DNA from: Lama glama
Taxonomy: Eukaryota
Assembly: GCA_028534125.1 (NCBI GenBank)
Contig: CM052816.1
Coordinates: 96,040,001 to 96,104,000 of the forward strand
Direction of reading: 5' to 3'
Length of the DNA: 64,000 nucleotides
Part shown: piece by piece, positions 12,871-26,419 of the stretch
Layout: each line of letters opens with the position of its first letter
Position numbering within the stretch: the first letter of the stretch is position 1
Notes under the pieces: model-generated
The model's database searches: none
Seen by the model: only the letters and a program-made list of their open reading frames with translations
What the model was told of the DNA's origin: nothing
Program-made: the position numbers and the translations under genes

Positions 12871-13807
12871 GGAGGGATTTAATACAAGTTAAAATGAAGT
12901 CATTCAATAGAAAGGATCCGTGCATCTGTAGGGACAAAGATACAATGCAGATGTTAAGGAAAAATGTCTCCAGAGACAGGAATGCAGTTACATAATTACA
13001 TGGATTGAAACTTCATGATCATTCTTGTTGCCCTTAACTTTGAAAATTACAAGAAATAGTAGTTGGTGGTTCCTGCTTTGTACTTTATAGACAGTGTCAA
13101 AGAATCTGAGGTCAAATGATACGGGTAGTTGAGAAGAAAAATGCACAAACCAGGATCCCATTCAGGGCTTATAAAAATGTAGATTTATGTGAGAAATTTA
13201 AAACATGTTTTAACAAAGCAGATGATGCGCATAAGTAGAAACAGTAAATATATTCTGCACACGAAATCCAGTGGAGTTGAATATTTAATTAGAAGTTGCA
13301 GCTTTTAATGTTGCAAAAATATTCTTTGAAAAACAGTTGTTCATGAATTGTTTCCCACTGGTTTTATTTATTCTAGTGAAACTTCTTTTGGGTAAAATGT
13401 AAAAGCTGCAGCATCTTAAAATAATATAGCAGAGAGTTGAAAGGCTTGCTATAAATTGCCTTCTATTTTTTACATGGAAGAATAAAGGGAGAGTCTGTAC
13501 AGGATATAAAAGATAATTAGAAAGTTGTCCAGTGATGGTGCCAGCCTTCCGATTTTAGCAGCCAAGAAGTTTCAGTGGCAGGGAGCTTACAGTCCTCCAT
13601 AGCTTAGAGTTTGTGAGCTCTGGAGGGCAGTTGTCACATGCAGGGGATAAGGAACATTCCTGTTGGGGACAGGGATTGTGGGCAAAGCTTTGACTGCAAT
13701 CATGGGGCAGGGGCGTCCAATCATTACATCAGGTACTTGGTCTTACCAAGTCCTTTCCTCCTTATAGGCTGTAATACTACCTAAATTGTATTTTTTTTAG
13801 TCTGAAG

Positions 13808-14012
13808 CAGCTTTTCAACCTTGGCACTATTTGGGGTTGGATAGTTTCTTCTTATGGGGGAGCTTTCCTGTGCGTTATAGGAAATTATTAGCATCCTCAA
13901 CCTCTATTCGCTAGATGCCAGCAGCATCCCCTGATTGTGACAGCCAGAATTGGCTCCAGACATTGCCAGAAGTTCCCAAGCAGAGGGAGTAAAATCGCCC
14001 TTGGTTTTGAGC
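13808..14012 (-). mobile_element. MER20 (hAT-Charlie)
   Basis: tcaaccttggcactatt...ctagatgccagcagcatcccc...tgtgacagcc...ctccagacattgcca...aaaatcgccc. Confidence 0.85.
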
Positions 14013-14425
14013 TCTTGGTCTAAATGCACTCAGCTGAACAAAAAGCAGGACAAATACGTCTTGAAAGCATTGCGTGTACTTGTGTGGTCGCACGGCTGTG
14101 ACGGCCACGGCTTGGACTTGATGCGCTGCAGTTTTCGTCTTGCCTTTGTCAGTATTGCTGACCTTATGCCAATAGCTTCCATCCCGTGCGCAGGTGCAAC
14201 AGCCCTGGGGTGGAAGGGAGCGGGCAAGACGGTGCTGGGAGGCTCATCTGGAAGTAACTGCTGGGAAGTGTGGGGCCTGCCATTCGATGAATGGCTTGGG
14301 GGTTCATCCTGTAGTTACCAGTGATCACACACGGGTTAGAGTGGACCAACGCTCCCCACCATCTTCCCTGACCTCCCACATCTCCAATTCTCAACACTTC
14401 CCCCTCACTTATGTGCTCATGGATT

Positions 14426-14539
14426 CTATTTTATTTCATTTTATTTTATGTTTTAATTGAAGTATAGTCAGTTTACAATGCTGTGTCAATTTCTGATGTC
14501 CTGCATAATAGATCGGTCATACACATACATGCATATTAT
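14426..14539 (-). mobile_element. Short camelid-type L1 3' end with 9-bp TSD
   Basis: ttttaattgaagtatagtcagtttacaatgctgtgtcaatttctg; TSD TCATGGATT at 14417-14425 and 14540-14548. Confidence 0.85.
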
Positions 14540-14766
14540 TCATGGATTTTAGAGTGAAGAGGGGACCAAATAAAATCTAACCCCCCAACTGAAGGTTGAA
14601 GAAATTAAAAGTATGTTTTTCTAAGAGCTTTGAGAGTTCATCTGTGACCTGATGACCCACTACCATCATTTCATTTGCCTCTCTAATTTTAACTGACAAC
14701 TCTCCAAAACACACAATGATGACAAGAAAATATATAGTTGGAATGACAAAGTCAGGTTTTTATGTG

Positions 14767-14930
14767 TTTTTTTTTTAATTTTTAATTGAAGTATAGTCAG
14801 TTTACAATGTTGTGTCAGTTTCTGGTGTACAGCACAAAGCTTCAGTCATACATGAATATACATATTCATTTTCATATTCTTTTTCACCATAAGCTACTAC
14901 AAGGTATCGAATACAGTTCCCTGTGCTATA
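14767..14930 (-). mobile_element. Camelid-type L1 3' end
   Basis: poly-T then taattgaagtatagtcagtttacaatgttgtgtcagtttctggtgtacagc...agttccctgtgctata. Confidence 0.9.
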
Positions 14931-17900
14931 TATTTTTTTTTTGATGTTATTCCTGCGACCCATGGAGTTTATTGAGCTGAGTGAGTGCTGGTTAAAGCTG
15001 CCCTTGAAAGGATGCAAATATTTTTTAAAAAATCTTTTTTCGTTGTTGCTCATCTTTCTTAATTCTGTTCCCAAGAAGGACGTTGTCTAACAATGGAAGA
15101 TTTCACAGTCTGTATCTCTGAGCTAAATCAAAGATGTGATGCCAATTCTAGCACTGCAGAACATTATGTGAGTTTGGGAGACTCTCTGAAATAGAGTGAA
15201 GCCATAAACCGGTGAGTGAATTACCGCGACGCAGACAGCAGTCATTTTGATTTGATAGGTGTTCAGCAGGGCTTCTATTACATACATTCTCCTTTTTATT
15301 TAAAGGAAAATTCCACCTAATTTGCTTAGACCAACCATCTGGAAGTACTTTTTCTCTTTATTGCCTTTTGACACCTTGCCAACTGAAAGGAGAAAAAAGG
15401 AGGCTGAAAAAATTATAAAAATACAGATTTTAAAGGAATGTTAAAAGAAATGCTAATTTTTCACCTTCCAATGCATGCATTAAGTTAAATTGACTTCCTT
15501 AAAGTTTCCTTTCGTAAGTACTTGTCCTCTGGTATGTGTGGCAAGATGTTTAGATTCCTTTCTTTCCTCCTGCTATCATTTTATGTCTCAGAAACCCAGC
15601 ACGCCTTACAGGTGTCTGTGTTCGGTGATCATCTTCATCGTACTGGGCGGGAGCTCCATCTGACCATCAACGAACCCTAGATACGGAGCAGTCATGGTCC
15701 TCTGGTTGGTGTAGTTTCTTCCCTACTGGCTAAAAACTTTTTAAAAATACTGTAATGAAATTTTGCTTAAAGGAAAGTTTTTTAAAAGTTGTATCTTGAA
15801 AGTAACTCCTTACTGGAAGCACTTATTGGGTAAATCAAGAAGTGGTTGATTTAACATTTGAAAAATATAAGGCTCTGATTTATTTGGGTCACATGCCCAT
15901 CTGCTTACAGCTCCATCTTGTCTCTCATGGGCACTGGATCTTTTCCAAGTGCACTAAGCTTGGGGTGGCAATGAGTCACAACAAATTGAGACACATGTAT
16001 GAAATCGTGGAGCATTTACTGAACAGCCAGCTATGCAATGATGTCGTATGTACAGTAGACCTGCCATGTGTCAGCATTGGGACACTTCTAAATGTTATGT
16101 CAGTCATGATGAAAACTTGGGAAGGTAAAGGGTTTTGCTCCCATTTAATCGACAAAGCTGAGACGGAAGTTTATAAACTTTCCCAAAGTAGAATCATGAA
16201 AGTAGATTCACTCCACGGTCTTTCAACTCAAAAGCCCTTGCCCTGTTTCGGGGGGGAACTTCTTCTCTCAGTTGTGAACAATATCCGTGTTGGTGCTGTC
16301 TCCTCATCTGTACATCTGGTGGGTTTTGCTAAGGCTTCTGAATGACTTTCTTGTTTCATTTATGTGAAGGTTTCTAGTACAGAATGTTACCAGTATTTTC
16401 ATGTTTTGATTGGTAGACAGTAAAAGCGTCACTTGAGCAAATGACTTATTTGAAAATGGACCTATTTCCATCTTAATATTTATGCAGGATTCATGATATG
16501 TAGAGCACTGAATGTAAATTTCTTATAAAATCTAATCAGAGGGACTTTCTTATTTTATGCTCATTTGCAGAGACTATATTGGATGGGCATCCACAGAAAG
16601 AGCTGGAGAAAACCTCTCATCTTAGATGAAAGTAATTTTTTCTTAGAGTAAATCGCTAGATCTTGAACACAGCTGAGCAGAGTTTTCCGTATCTTTCTTA
16701 TGCTTCATTTATTGTGAATGAAGTTAATTTTGTTTGATGGTATTCTTTAAAGTCTCAGATATCATTGCAATGAAATATGATGATCATAATAATATCTATT
16801 TATGCATGTAATATGTGTTTTCCTAAAATAATTACATAATTAATTTTCATTTCACTGTGACAAAAGAGCTGGGTAGCCTTTGAGCTCTCATCCAGTTAAA
16901 TGAGAAATATAGTAGATGATAATTTTGAATCAGGTTCTAATAGAGAGGAAAAAAAAGTTAGGATATATTGTCACCTAATTTCTTCAGATGAGTTTTACTT
17001 TATAGAGATTTTATGTATCTATTTTGGTACATACCTTGCTTGCATTCAGTGGAATTCATTTAAATAGGGAGTCATAAAATAAAAATTAAGTGCTAGGCTG
17101 TTGGTGAAACTCAGAGTACAGACATGTTTCAGAAGCATATAAATTATTACGGCTATGTTATTTGACTTTTATTAAGCACATGGAGCTTTTGTTGTCCACA
17201 TATAACAAAAGCATTGTGAAATAAAATCTGCTACTATTTGTCTTCCCTGTCCTATAATCAAGTATGCTTAATATGGTGTACACTCAATGCAGCATTTAAT
17301 TTTTCCATTTTTTGTAACAATTTCAAGCATTCATTCTTATCTTCTCTTCTAACCTTCCCTTCTAACCTTCCAGCTTCCACCACCTTCTGTCAAAGTCTCT
17401 AGCACACCTTATCTTTCCTTCCAATTCGTACTATTTTAAGGCTAAATGCATCTTCCTTTAGGAAGTCATGCTGAATGTACCAGAAGGTACTCCTATATAG
17501 CAACATATACCAGCCCATTTTTGTGATTTCTGGCTCCACCTTGCCCAATACCATGGGCTTGCCATTTTAGCCTTAAATACACTTTGCCTAAACTTTCCAA
17601 ATCTTGTCTAAGTCTTCAGAAGCCAGCTGAGTTCCTTCTTAGTCTTCTCAGCCCAACTTCCTTATGTTTAGTTAGTTCCGTCTGCAGTGTATATGCCTAC
17701 ATTTGCTGTCATAGGTCGTCTATGCTTAAGTCATGCTCTTTCTCCTTCCCTGGACTACTCCATTAATGATTTAGGAAGAGTTCTCTGACCACTGTCCTGT
17801 CATTGAATAATTTTATTTATTTTTCCTGGAGATGTGCCTGTCTGTCACTCCCAGGGTTTTCTTCACTCTGACTCCTAGGAGCCCAGCACCTGGCCGCCTG

Positions 17901-19557
17901 ACCTCATGGCTCCTAGTTGGGAATGCAGATTTTGCTTTACCTCCTGCCAGCAATCATTTTGCGTACATTTCATCTGTTGAGTTACATGGAATGGTAGACA
18001 CTGTGGATGAAACCAGAGATTGCTCATAGACGGAGGGCTAGATGAGTGCTGTGTGTTGGTAATGAGGCCTCTTTATACAGGAAAATAAAACAGAGGGGAC
18101 TGTTCAGTGTCGAAAATAATAGTAAAGTGGTAGAGGAATCACCATAAAAGCCATTCATAGTTCTTTGTTTTATATGACACTCTTGATATGAAAGGCTAAA
18201 GAATATTACTAGTCAATTAAGATAGCCATTCTAAAGAGAAGTCATTTAAGTGCAGGATAATCTGGGAAATGCTTGGCTATATTTTGTTTTTATAGAAAAG
18301 ATTCTCTGGGGCTTAATTAGAACAAGCATAAGAGAGGGAATAAAGGAACCCCTGACAAGATTGAATTTCCACCCATCATTTACTGGGACAGGACACTGCC
18401 TTCCTGAAGGAGACAGGCTTTAATGCCAGGGCGTGCTCTGCATGGATTTAGCTAAGACCCTATGTCTCATTCTAAAGAAAGCTCTAGTACTGACACTTGC
18501 AGTCTTGTTTGACCTTACCTGGCCACAGTTTATCCTCCTATAAGTTGTAATTTGTGATCACATATTTAATGTAAGTTTTCGTATCTGGTGGGCACAAGAT
18601 TAATTTTATTTCTTCCTTCTTCTGTCCCTTCCTTGTGAGTAATTCACCAGCATGAACGAGTTCTTGGAGCTGGGCTGAGCCATCCTTCCGGCAGTGGGTG
18701 AAACATGGAAATGATGTGACCTGACTCTCAATCTTGGGTGACCTAAGAGTAGTGCCAGCTTACTGTGGTTGCAGAGAGTACCGGTGACACTCGGGCGGCT
18801 CTTCCCAGGCTGCGGCCGGGGTCACACCCGTGCTTCCACTCGGTGCTGCTTGGATATGGGCTGAAGTGGCTGCAGTCGGAGGACACCCACAGCGTAGACA
18901 AGGCACAGAGTAACGGAGACAAAGACTCATCCTTATTTGGCTGCTTTAGCCCAGTGGCTGAGCTCAGTGTCCAATTAAGACGATTTATTAAACTCTGGAG
19001 CCCCACCAGATAACCAGCAGCACAGCAGAGAACGTGCTAGAAACATGCCATTTTATTCCTTCCTTCGCATTGTACAGCATCTGACCCTGTTTCTCTTAGC
19101 TGGGCTGGAACAACTAGCTTAGTATGCATGGAGTTTGAGAATAATTTTTGGACTGGTGCTGTAAGCTATTTTATTTATGGTTACACAGCGTACACAGTTT
19201 TTCAAATTATCACAGGATAAAATGAGAAATGCCTTTATGAAAAAAAAAGTCCAGATGGAAATTGTCGTTTGCTATAACTCAAGAATAAATACAGTGAGTA
19301 GGTACAGAATGTTCTGTTGTGGAAATGTAAGCAGCTTGGATGCTTTTTTTCCCCTCTTACTTGAAGATTGTTTTATTTACTTATTTATAATCTGTGAAAA
19401 GAATGGTCTGGATACTTTGCGAGATTAAAGGCCAATGAAACAGAAATCCCAGTCCTGGGGAAGATTGACAGCTGATTGCCCAAGGAAGCCAGGCATTAAA
19501 ACAGCCCTAGGAAAATGGAACGAAATACCCTGAAAAGGTGAATAAAGAAATGTCCTA

Positions 19558-19705
19558 AGGGGAGAGGGTATAGCTCAAGTGGTAGAGCGTGTGCTTAGCA
19601 TACGCAAGGTCCTGGGTTCAATCCCCAGTACTTTCTCTAAAAATAAATAAACAAGTGAACCTAATTACCTCCCTCTCACCCCCTGATAAAAAGGGGGGAA
19701 AAAAA
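19558..19705 (+). mobile_element. tRNA-Ala-derived camelid SINE (Vic-1 type), full length
   Basis: A box TAGCTCAAGTGG (19571-19582), AGC anticodon-like loop, B box GGTTCAATCCC (19615-19625), AT-rich linker, cctaattacctccc motif, A tail; TSD aaagaaatgtccta (19544-19557) / aaagaaagatccta (19706-19719), 12/14 identical. Confidence 0.9.
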
Positions 19706-21284
19706 AAAGAAAGATCCTACCTCTTTGGAGCCCATATAATGCCAAAGAAAATTTATTAGTTACACATAGGATATTTTAAAAAAGATCTTAGTATTGCACT
19801 GGAGTTTCTTATTGTTATTGCTGTTTTGTTTTACTTTCATAATAAGTAGATCCACAAGACCATATGATTTATTTTGTCCTATTACAGATGTAGGTACCTG
19901 CTCACCTCTTATTACATACTTTATTTAATAAAAACAAATGAAAGATACTGGAAAATAAAACTTCTGGCATTAATTTTCAGTTAATGGTTTCCAGAAAAGA
20001 AAAATTCCCATGATAAAACAAAAGCTAAAAGAGTTTTTCTTATCGAATTATCATCTTCATAGGAAGATATGTAACTTTTTTTATTAAGATTGCATCATGC
20101 CTGGATATGGGGGGGGAAAAACCCCTAAGTAATGGATATAGATTCCCACTTAATCTCAACAGGAAACCATAGAGCGGGAGGGGGTCTTACTCATTTGTTA
20201 AAACCACAGTTTTTCATGAAGCCTTTTTCTCTACCTGGAGACTTCGGTGTGAGTGACTGATGAAGGATGGACGGGCATCCTGGTAGCAGCCACCCCATCT
20301 CCTGCCTCCATCTGAGGCACTTTCGCTCCTCGGCCAGGTGTGTTTCATCATTTCTCAACACCCCCTCAGAGAAGGAGGTGTTCTCTTCCACGGGGAGAAA
20401 CTTAGTCATGGAAAGGTTTAAGATGTGAAGATCTGAAGGGCAACTCGTTAATCAGTTACGGAGCTGCCACCTAGGAGCCTCGGCGTCTCCTCCCCACGCA
20501 GGTAAATGACTCTTCCCAGTGTGGGACGGGAGATGGAGCCTGGGGCTGGGGGCATGCACTGGGCACTGATGGACAGACAGACAGAGGACCCGGTTTAGTT
20601 CTTGCTCAGCCATAAACTCAGATTACTAAAGTTTTTGTTAAACAGTTTCTCCCTGGCCAGCCGTGCCGGTGACTTGGTTGCCTAGGTTTGCCTGGAAAGG
20701 GCTTTGGACGCCAGAGATGAGGTGTACAGCCTGAATCCCAGATTCACACTTGGATATCTGATGCTGAAGGGTTAGAGAGAGAGGCATGTTTGGGTGCATG
20801 GTTGTCCTCTGGCTTTCCTGGTGAGTCATTTTCATGTGTCTTTAGCCACGGTCCTAACTGATAGGTAATCAACTGCATTGTTACGCGTTCCCATGGGGTA
20901 GGATGCCTGGGTCCTGGTTTCAGCTCTGTTATCAGCTAGCTCAGTGGTTCTCTGGCCAAAGACTTTCCCTCCTGGGGCCTCAATTTCCATGTCTGTGAAA
21001 AGAGAAAGTTGAAGTAGAATCAGTGGTTTCTACTTTGGTTTAAAATGGCCCCTGATTTTCCCCAAAGTACTCTAAGTGGGGGGTGCTGGGGTCAAGGCTT
21101 TTGAAAATCGGATTCTGTTGTTAGACAAAAGGGTTGAAAATCAACAGACCAAAGGTTCCTGGAGCTCTGTATGAATCTATGACATTCATTTAAAATATAT
21201 AAGTTACAAATCTACAAAAAATACATGTATTACAAAAGATATAACATAAAATTTGCTTTGGAACTGTTTTCAGTTCAGAGTGGC

Positions 21285-21740
21285 TGCAGAGTGGAGTGGT
21301 TTAGAGACCCTGGAGAGGCTGCTACTGGGTTCGAATCTCAGCTCTGCCATTTGCTGTGGCCACTGGCATGTTTCTTATCGTCCCTGTGCCTGAGCTTCCT
21401 CCTTCGTACAAAGAGCATAGTAACTTTCAGTGATAATGATGTGTCAGTGGCTATTCACTCTGGTGGGGGATTTTGATGGTGGGGAAGGCTGTGCACATGT
21501 GAAGCCAAGGGGCATAATGGAAATCTCTGCATCTTTCCCCCAGTTTTGCCATGAAACTAAAGCTGCTTTAAAAAATAAATTAACATATATCAATTATACA
21601 TAATTAATATAAAGTCTATTAATTAAGAAAGATGATAATAAGAATAGTCATTGTTTCACTGGATTGTTATGGGGCAAGTTTGGTAATAACTAAAATATTA
21701 AGAGCGGGACCTGGCACCTATTAAGCTCGGTGTAGTAGTT
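21285..21740 (+). mobile_element. MIR split by an L1MC/MD-type 3' end fragment (about 21430-21630)
   Basis: MIR text ctgggttcgaatctcagctctgccatttgctgtg...tgagcttcctc resumes at ataataagaatag...ggattgttatg...cctggcacc; insert reads ctctggtgggggattttgatggtggggaaggctgtgcacatgt...ggaaatctctg...aaataaa. Confidence 0.75.
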
Positions 21741-22075
21741 AAATAAATGGATATTCATCCACTGGAAAACTTGCTTTATAACATGGAGTTTCTTTAATTT
21801 GTGAACAATTTCAGTATTTTCTGCAAGTCCAATGTATCTTCACGTTGACTTCATAAGTTGATAAGTTAAGCATTTGTGTAGAACTCATATTGCAGGCCAA
21901 GAGAACAACTCTGGCAAGCCTTGGAAATGTGGAAGTTCTAGAAGTATAAAGGCTAGTGCAGGTAAGATGTGTATGCTGGGAGAGTTTAGTGGGCTTTTGT
22001 TGAAGAAAGATTAGCTTGTGCTAGAGCACAGTGCAGGGCTGCAGGATTCCTTGTTGTAGGGATTCATGCCAGCTA

Positions 22076-22395
22076 ATGGTAGTGGTGATGATGACGGTGG
22101 TAGTGATGATGGTGGTGATGATAATGGTGATAGTGGTGGTGGTCGTCGTTGTAAATGATGGTGGTGGTGGTATTAATGGTGGGGATGCTGTTAATGGTGG
22201 AAATGGTATTAATGTTGGAAGTGGTGGTGGTGATGATGGTGGAGGTGGTGGTGATGGAGTAGAGGTGTGGTGGTGATGGGGATGGTGGTGGTAGTGATGT
22301 TGGGGTTGGTGATGATGATGGAGACGGTGGTAATGGAGGTGATGGTGGTAGTGATGGTGGTGGTGATGATGCTGCTGGAGGTGGTGGTGATGCTA
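22076..22395. repeat. Degenerate (GGT/GAT)n trinucleotide low-complexity tract, about 320 bp
   Basis: Read directly. Confidence 0.95.
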
Positions 22396-23106
22396 GTGAG
22401 GCGGGATTGGAGGCTCTCCCCTTATCTTAGATAATTATTGTGCTGTCTTCACCCAGAGTTCAGAGGCACCTGGAGACTGCCATACCAATTGATAAGAATT
22501 GGCTCAGTTAACTCTTGGGACTGAAAAAAAAAAGCCATTTAGCTGCAAGGGGAGAAGAGAAGTGGGGTAGGCAATAAGCTTTCTTTCTTTCTGTTCTTCA
22601 CAGCTGACCCCCGTGAAGGTCCTGCAGCCCCTCCCACAGGTGCACACTTGGCTTATAATCCTTTTAACATCTGCAAAGCAGAACGAAAGCATTCGGGTAG
22701 CAGAAGTATCAGAGTATACTTCCTCAAGACATCTGGGGTTCCTGTTCAGGTTTTTGAAATGGATTAGATGAAGGATTTGCTTACAAATTTTGACAGCGTT
22801 CATTTCATTTACCAAACTGTGCTATACTTGTTACTGTGGCAACGAGCACGTTTATCTGGTTTCCATTATATAACTATTTTGTGAAAACCCACGTTTCTTT
22901 GTGGTGAAATTGTGTGTTGTAGGGATTCAGGATATAGTTTTGATTAGTATGTGTAGCACATTCTATTTACAGGATCATATTGGCATAGTAAGTAGACAAG
23001 AAAATTGAAGTATGAAGAAAAGATTGGAACATTCCTTTTTTTGTGTGTAGTCCTTTTGTTATGTCATAAGTCAGAAATTTCTCTGAGATTTTAACTTTGT
23101 ATATAG

Positions 23107-23347
23107 CAGTGATTCTCAGTGGGATGGAAGGTGATTTGCACCCCAACTCTCTCACCCAAACCAGGGATATTTGTCAATATCTAGAGACATGTTGATTGTC
23201 AAGACTATTGTCTTGAGCTACTGGCATCCCCTAGGTGGTGGCAAACAAGGCTGCTAAGTACCCTCCAGTGCTCAGAGAGCCCCTGACCCCCCACAACAAT
23301 GAATTATCCCATCCAAATGCCAGTAATGCTGAGGTTAAGAAACTCTG
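23107..23347 (+). mobile_element. MER20 (hAT-Charlie)
   Basis: cagtgattctca...ccagggatatttgtcaatatctagagacat...gctactggcatc...cacaacaatgaattatcccatccaaatgccagtaatgctgaggttaagaaactctg. Confidence 0.88.
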
Positions 23348-23378
23348 GTGTATGGTGTTTATTTTATGAGAAATCTGG

Positions 23379-23418
23379 TGTTTCTCATTCTAGAATCACA
23401 TGTTTCTCATTCTAGAAT
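23379..23418. repeat. Perfect 18-bp direct repeat with 4-bp spacer
   Basis: TGTTTCTCATTCTAGAAT at 23379-23396 and 23401-23418, spacer CACA. Confidence 0.9.
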
Positions 23419-26400
23419 TTCTTCTTTTCCATTTTCCAAATTTTGTGACAATAAGCATTTAATCTTTCCTTAAAGATCTATTTGAAACTGTGTACCACAA
23501 AATACTTTCTTGCATTGGGTTAATTCCTTTTCTATATCTTTTCTGTCCGTTCTCTTGGTACAAACATTTCCAATTTAAGTGTTAACTCTACAAATAGCTT
23601 ATGCTTTTCCACACAGTATTTTTATCAGTTCTTAGTAGTCAACTCATGTCTATATTTTTTTCTCCTTAAATTTGATTTTAAGCTCCTTAATACTGTGTAG
23701 ACTTCTTTAACTTATTTTAAAAATGTAGTTTGGTGTTATACATGCTTTACATATCCAATAAATATTTAATGTTTAAATTTGATACTTGAATCGTTGGTAT
23801 AAGCCAAAATGTTAATTTTTTGATATCCATAGTTTCTTTCATTGAAGAGGAAAACCAGTGTTTCTTTTTTCCCTCCCAAAGCAGAAATACACTCAAATCT
23901 CACTAGATTTGAATACCGACATGAGGGTAGTTTGTTTCATGTTGGAGAAAACATTTTTAGCTGCCTAATTTCCTAGGCTTTAATTACTGTATTTATTTTT
24001 AATAAATCTAGGGTAGCGTCTTTATGAGACTATACCCGCTGGCCATCCTTTTGAAAGCTTGTGTTACTCTTTTTTAAAATAATATTGTAACTAGGTGTCT
24101 GTGACTTTGCTAAACTCAATGGTGAAAAAACAATTGCCACTAGGAAAATGTATCTATTTGGACGATTCCTGCTGTGGGGCACGTGAAGCCCTTGAGACAG
24201 AGCTAATTTGGTGGTGCCATTTTAACTGTGTTCTCTTTATTTGATTTCGAACAAATTCTTTCTCTCATGTCCGTTTCTCTAACTAGTGAAGACAAGAGAC
24301 ACGTCTCAGCGTTGTCACGGGGAATTAGAAACAAAGTCCTTTATGACATGGGAGGTAAAGAGAGAGCTCAGATGTTGACCATTCTGGGTCATTTCCACTG
24401 GCCTGTGGGTCCCCTTCTCTGCTTGCTTCTCACACGAGTGTGTAAGGTGCTGTGTGTGCTTCTGGAAGCAGCACTGGGGCCCCTCTTACAGACGCTGTCT
24501 GCTCGAGAACGTCGTCCATGTGGTTTAGTCAGCGAGGAGTGATGAGTGAGGTGGAAGAGAATCTGGCACGTTTGAAGTCCCCCATCTAAAAGGCCATAAG
24601 AACTCATTCCTAATTGCTGACCCCGAGCTGGGCAGCAGGCTCCCTGGAGACCTTTTGCAGGTGTTGGCTCATTCAGTCCTTGCCGTCACCCCGCGAGGTG
24701 GGTGTGTGTGTCCTTGTTCTGCCTCACAGAGCTGAAAAAACTTGGCCAAGGTCTGTCTCTGACTCAGGTCTGCCGAGCTCCAAGCACTCTGCTCTTCCCA
24801 CTGTAACCCCACTTCCACCAGAACCCCATTGGCTTTTATATACTATAAACCGCTCAGTTCCGGGAGGGTGGGGGGAGGTGACCGGGTTTGAAAGGAACGT
24901 TGTCCTGGGCCTTCAGAAACTTAGCTTTAAATATTGCTGAAAATGAAGCAAGGTGCTGATGTATGAATGGGATGTTTGCAAGCCCTGAGTTAGAGACGGT
25001 TCACGGCTCTTGGATGAGGGGGGAGAGCTTTGTGAGAGCACATTGGACAGTCCCCATTGTGAAATTTCTGCAGAATTTTGGATCTCTGGGGAGACCATTT
25101 TTGTGTGAAGCCATCCCTAGGTGTTGCTCAGATTCTCAGAAGGGACAGAAATGCTGTAACAAGCAGGGTGTTTGAACGTGCGCAGACACAGTCTGCGAGG
25201 ACGTGCCTGGAGCTGGCCGCTTGGCCTGCTGTTTGCAGTGGGATGAAATAACGAGTGTCTGGATTAGCATCTGTGACTCCGGAGGCTACTTCCAAACCAC
25301 AGTGCGTCTTACTCAGTCAGCGAGGGAACATGCCCGGGAGCTGGTTACCTTATACTCGCCCTTTCTTTGGGTGGCCGGATAATCCCTTCTGGAATCTAGT
25401 ACCTGCTGGAAAGAGAGAGACAGCAGAACAGCTCAGTATTTGTTGGCTCTCGGCTATAATGCCAGTGTCCTCCTTCAGTGAGTTAACCTTTGGGAGTCGC
25501 CTGACACAGTTCACCTGGAAGTCCTTAATGTTTGTTCATTCATTTGTGGTTATTTTCATCCTGTGATCTTAAGACCTAGATGCCAGAAGTTGGTTTAATC
25601 ATGATTTCTGCCTAGTAAGGGGAAATTATTTCTTTGCAAATTATGTGCCAGTGGGACACTGAAATGATCCTTTATAAGAGGAGCCTTCAGATCTCTCATC
25701 ACTGCAAGTATACATTTCAAAATAATTTGATTAAATACAGAATCTAGTGATATAGCATTAGAGGCTTTGAGCTGTTACTAAATCTTATAAAATGGCTTCG
25801 CCTTGGCTGGGAGATGTATTGCTGGTTTTGAAAGTTATGGGTAACTGAGCTGCCAGTTGAGTCCTGTTTTTCTCCCGTACGTATTTTGGAGACTGGCTGG
25901 TTGAAACCACTTGACTTTATGGCTTTGATTAGGAAAAAAATCATTGCCGTATCCTGCTTAGTTTAACCTCGTTGCCGGCAGCTAATGAAAGCTTGTATCA
26001 CCATGGTTAGGGGGAATGTGACAGCCCCGGGTTTCACAGACGGGGAATTGCTATCAGGACCGTATGTACATCTTCTAAAACTGATTCCCAGCAGGACACC
26101 GAGCCTGTCTTAGAACTTGGATGTAAACACCGTGTAGTACCTTTACTGTGTTCCTGCCCAGCTCTAATGGTACAAGAGGAGAGCTGTGTGTTTACGGCTT
26201 CTGTTTCTCTTTTCATTCAGCCCCTTCTGTTTTATTATTTGTTTCTCAGGCTTAAGCCTCCGAGCACTGACAAGGAATATGCAGCAAAGAAGATTGGCCC
26301 ATTTTTCAACAGAGTATGGGATGGCTTAAAATTAGGGGTTCCAATTTTCATTCCAGTGTGACAGCAGGTGGGTGTTAATCATTGCGTGCCAGTCAGTGTG

Positions 26401-26419
26401 AGACGATGCATGTAAAGAA

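Noticed and set aside
15842..16345. 167-aa ORF
   Set aside because: GTG start, no recognisable domain, overlaps MIR-like sequence near 16050-16230, no convincing exon boundaries.
19558..19632. tRNA-Ala gene
   Set aside because: Followed by SINE body, A tail and TSD; acceptor stem imperfect; a second decayed copy lies at 30756-30855.
22031..22276. Val/Gly-rich 81-aa ORF
   Set aside because: Translation of the (GGT/GAT)n low-complexity tract.
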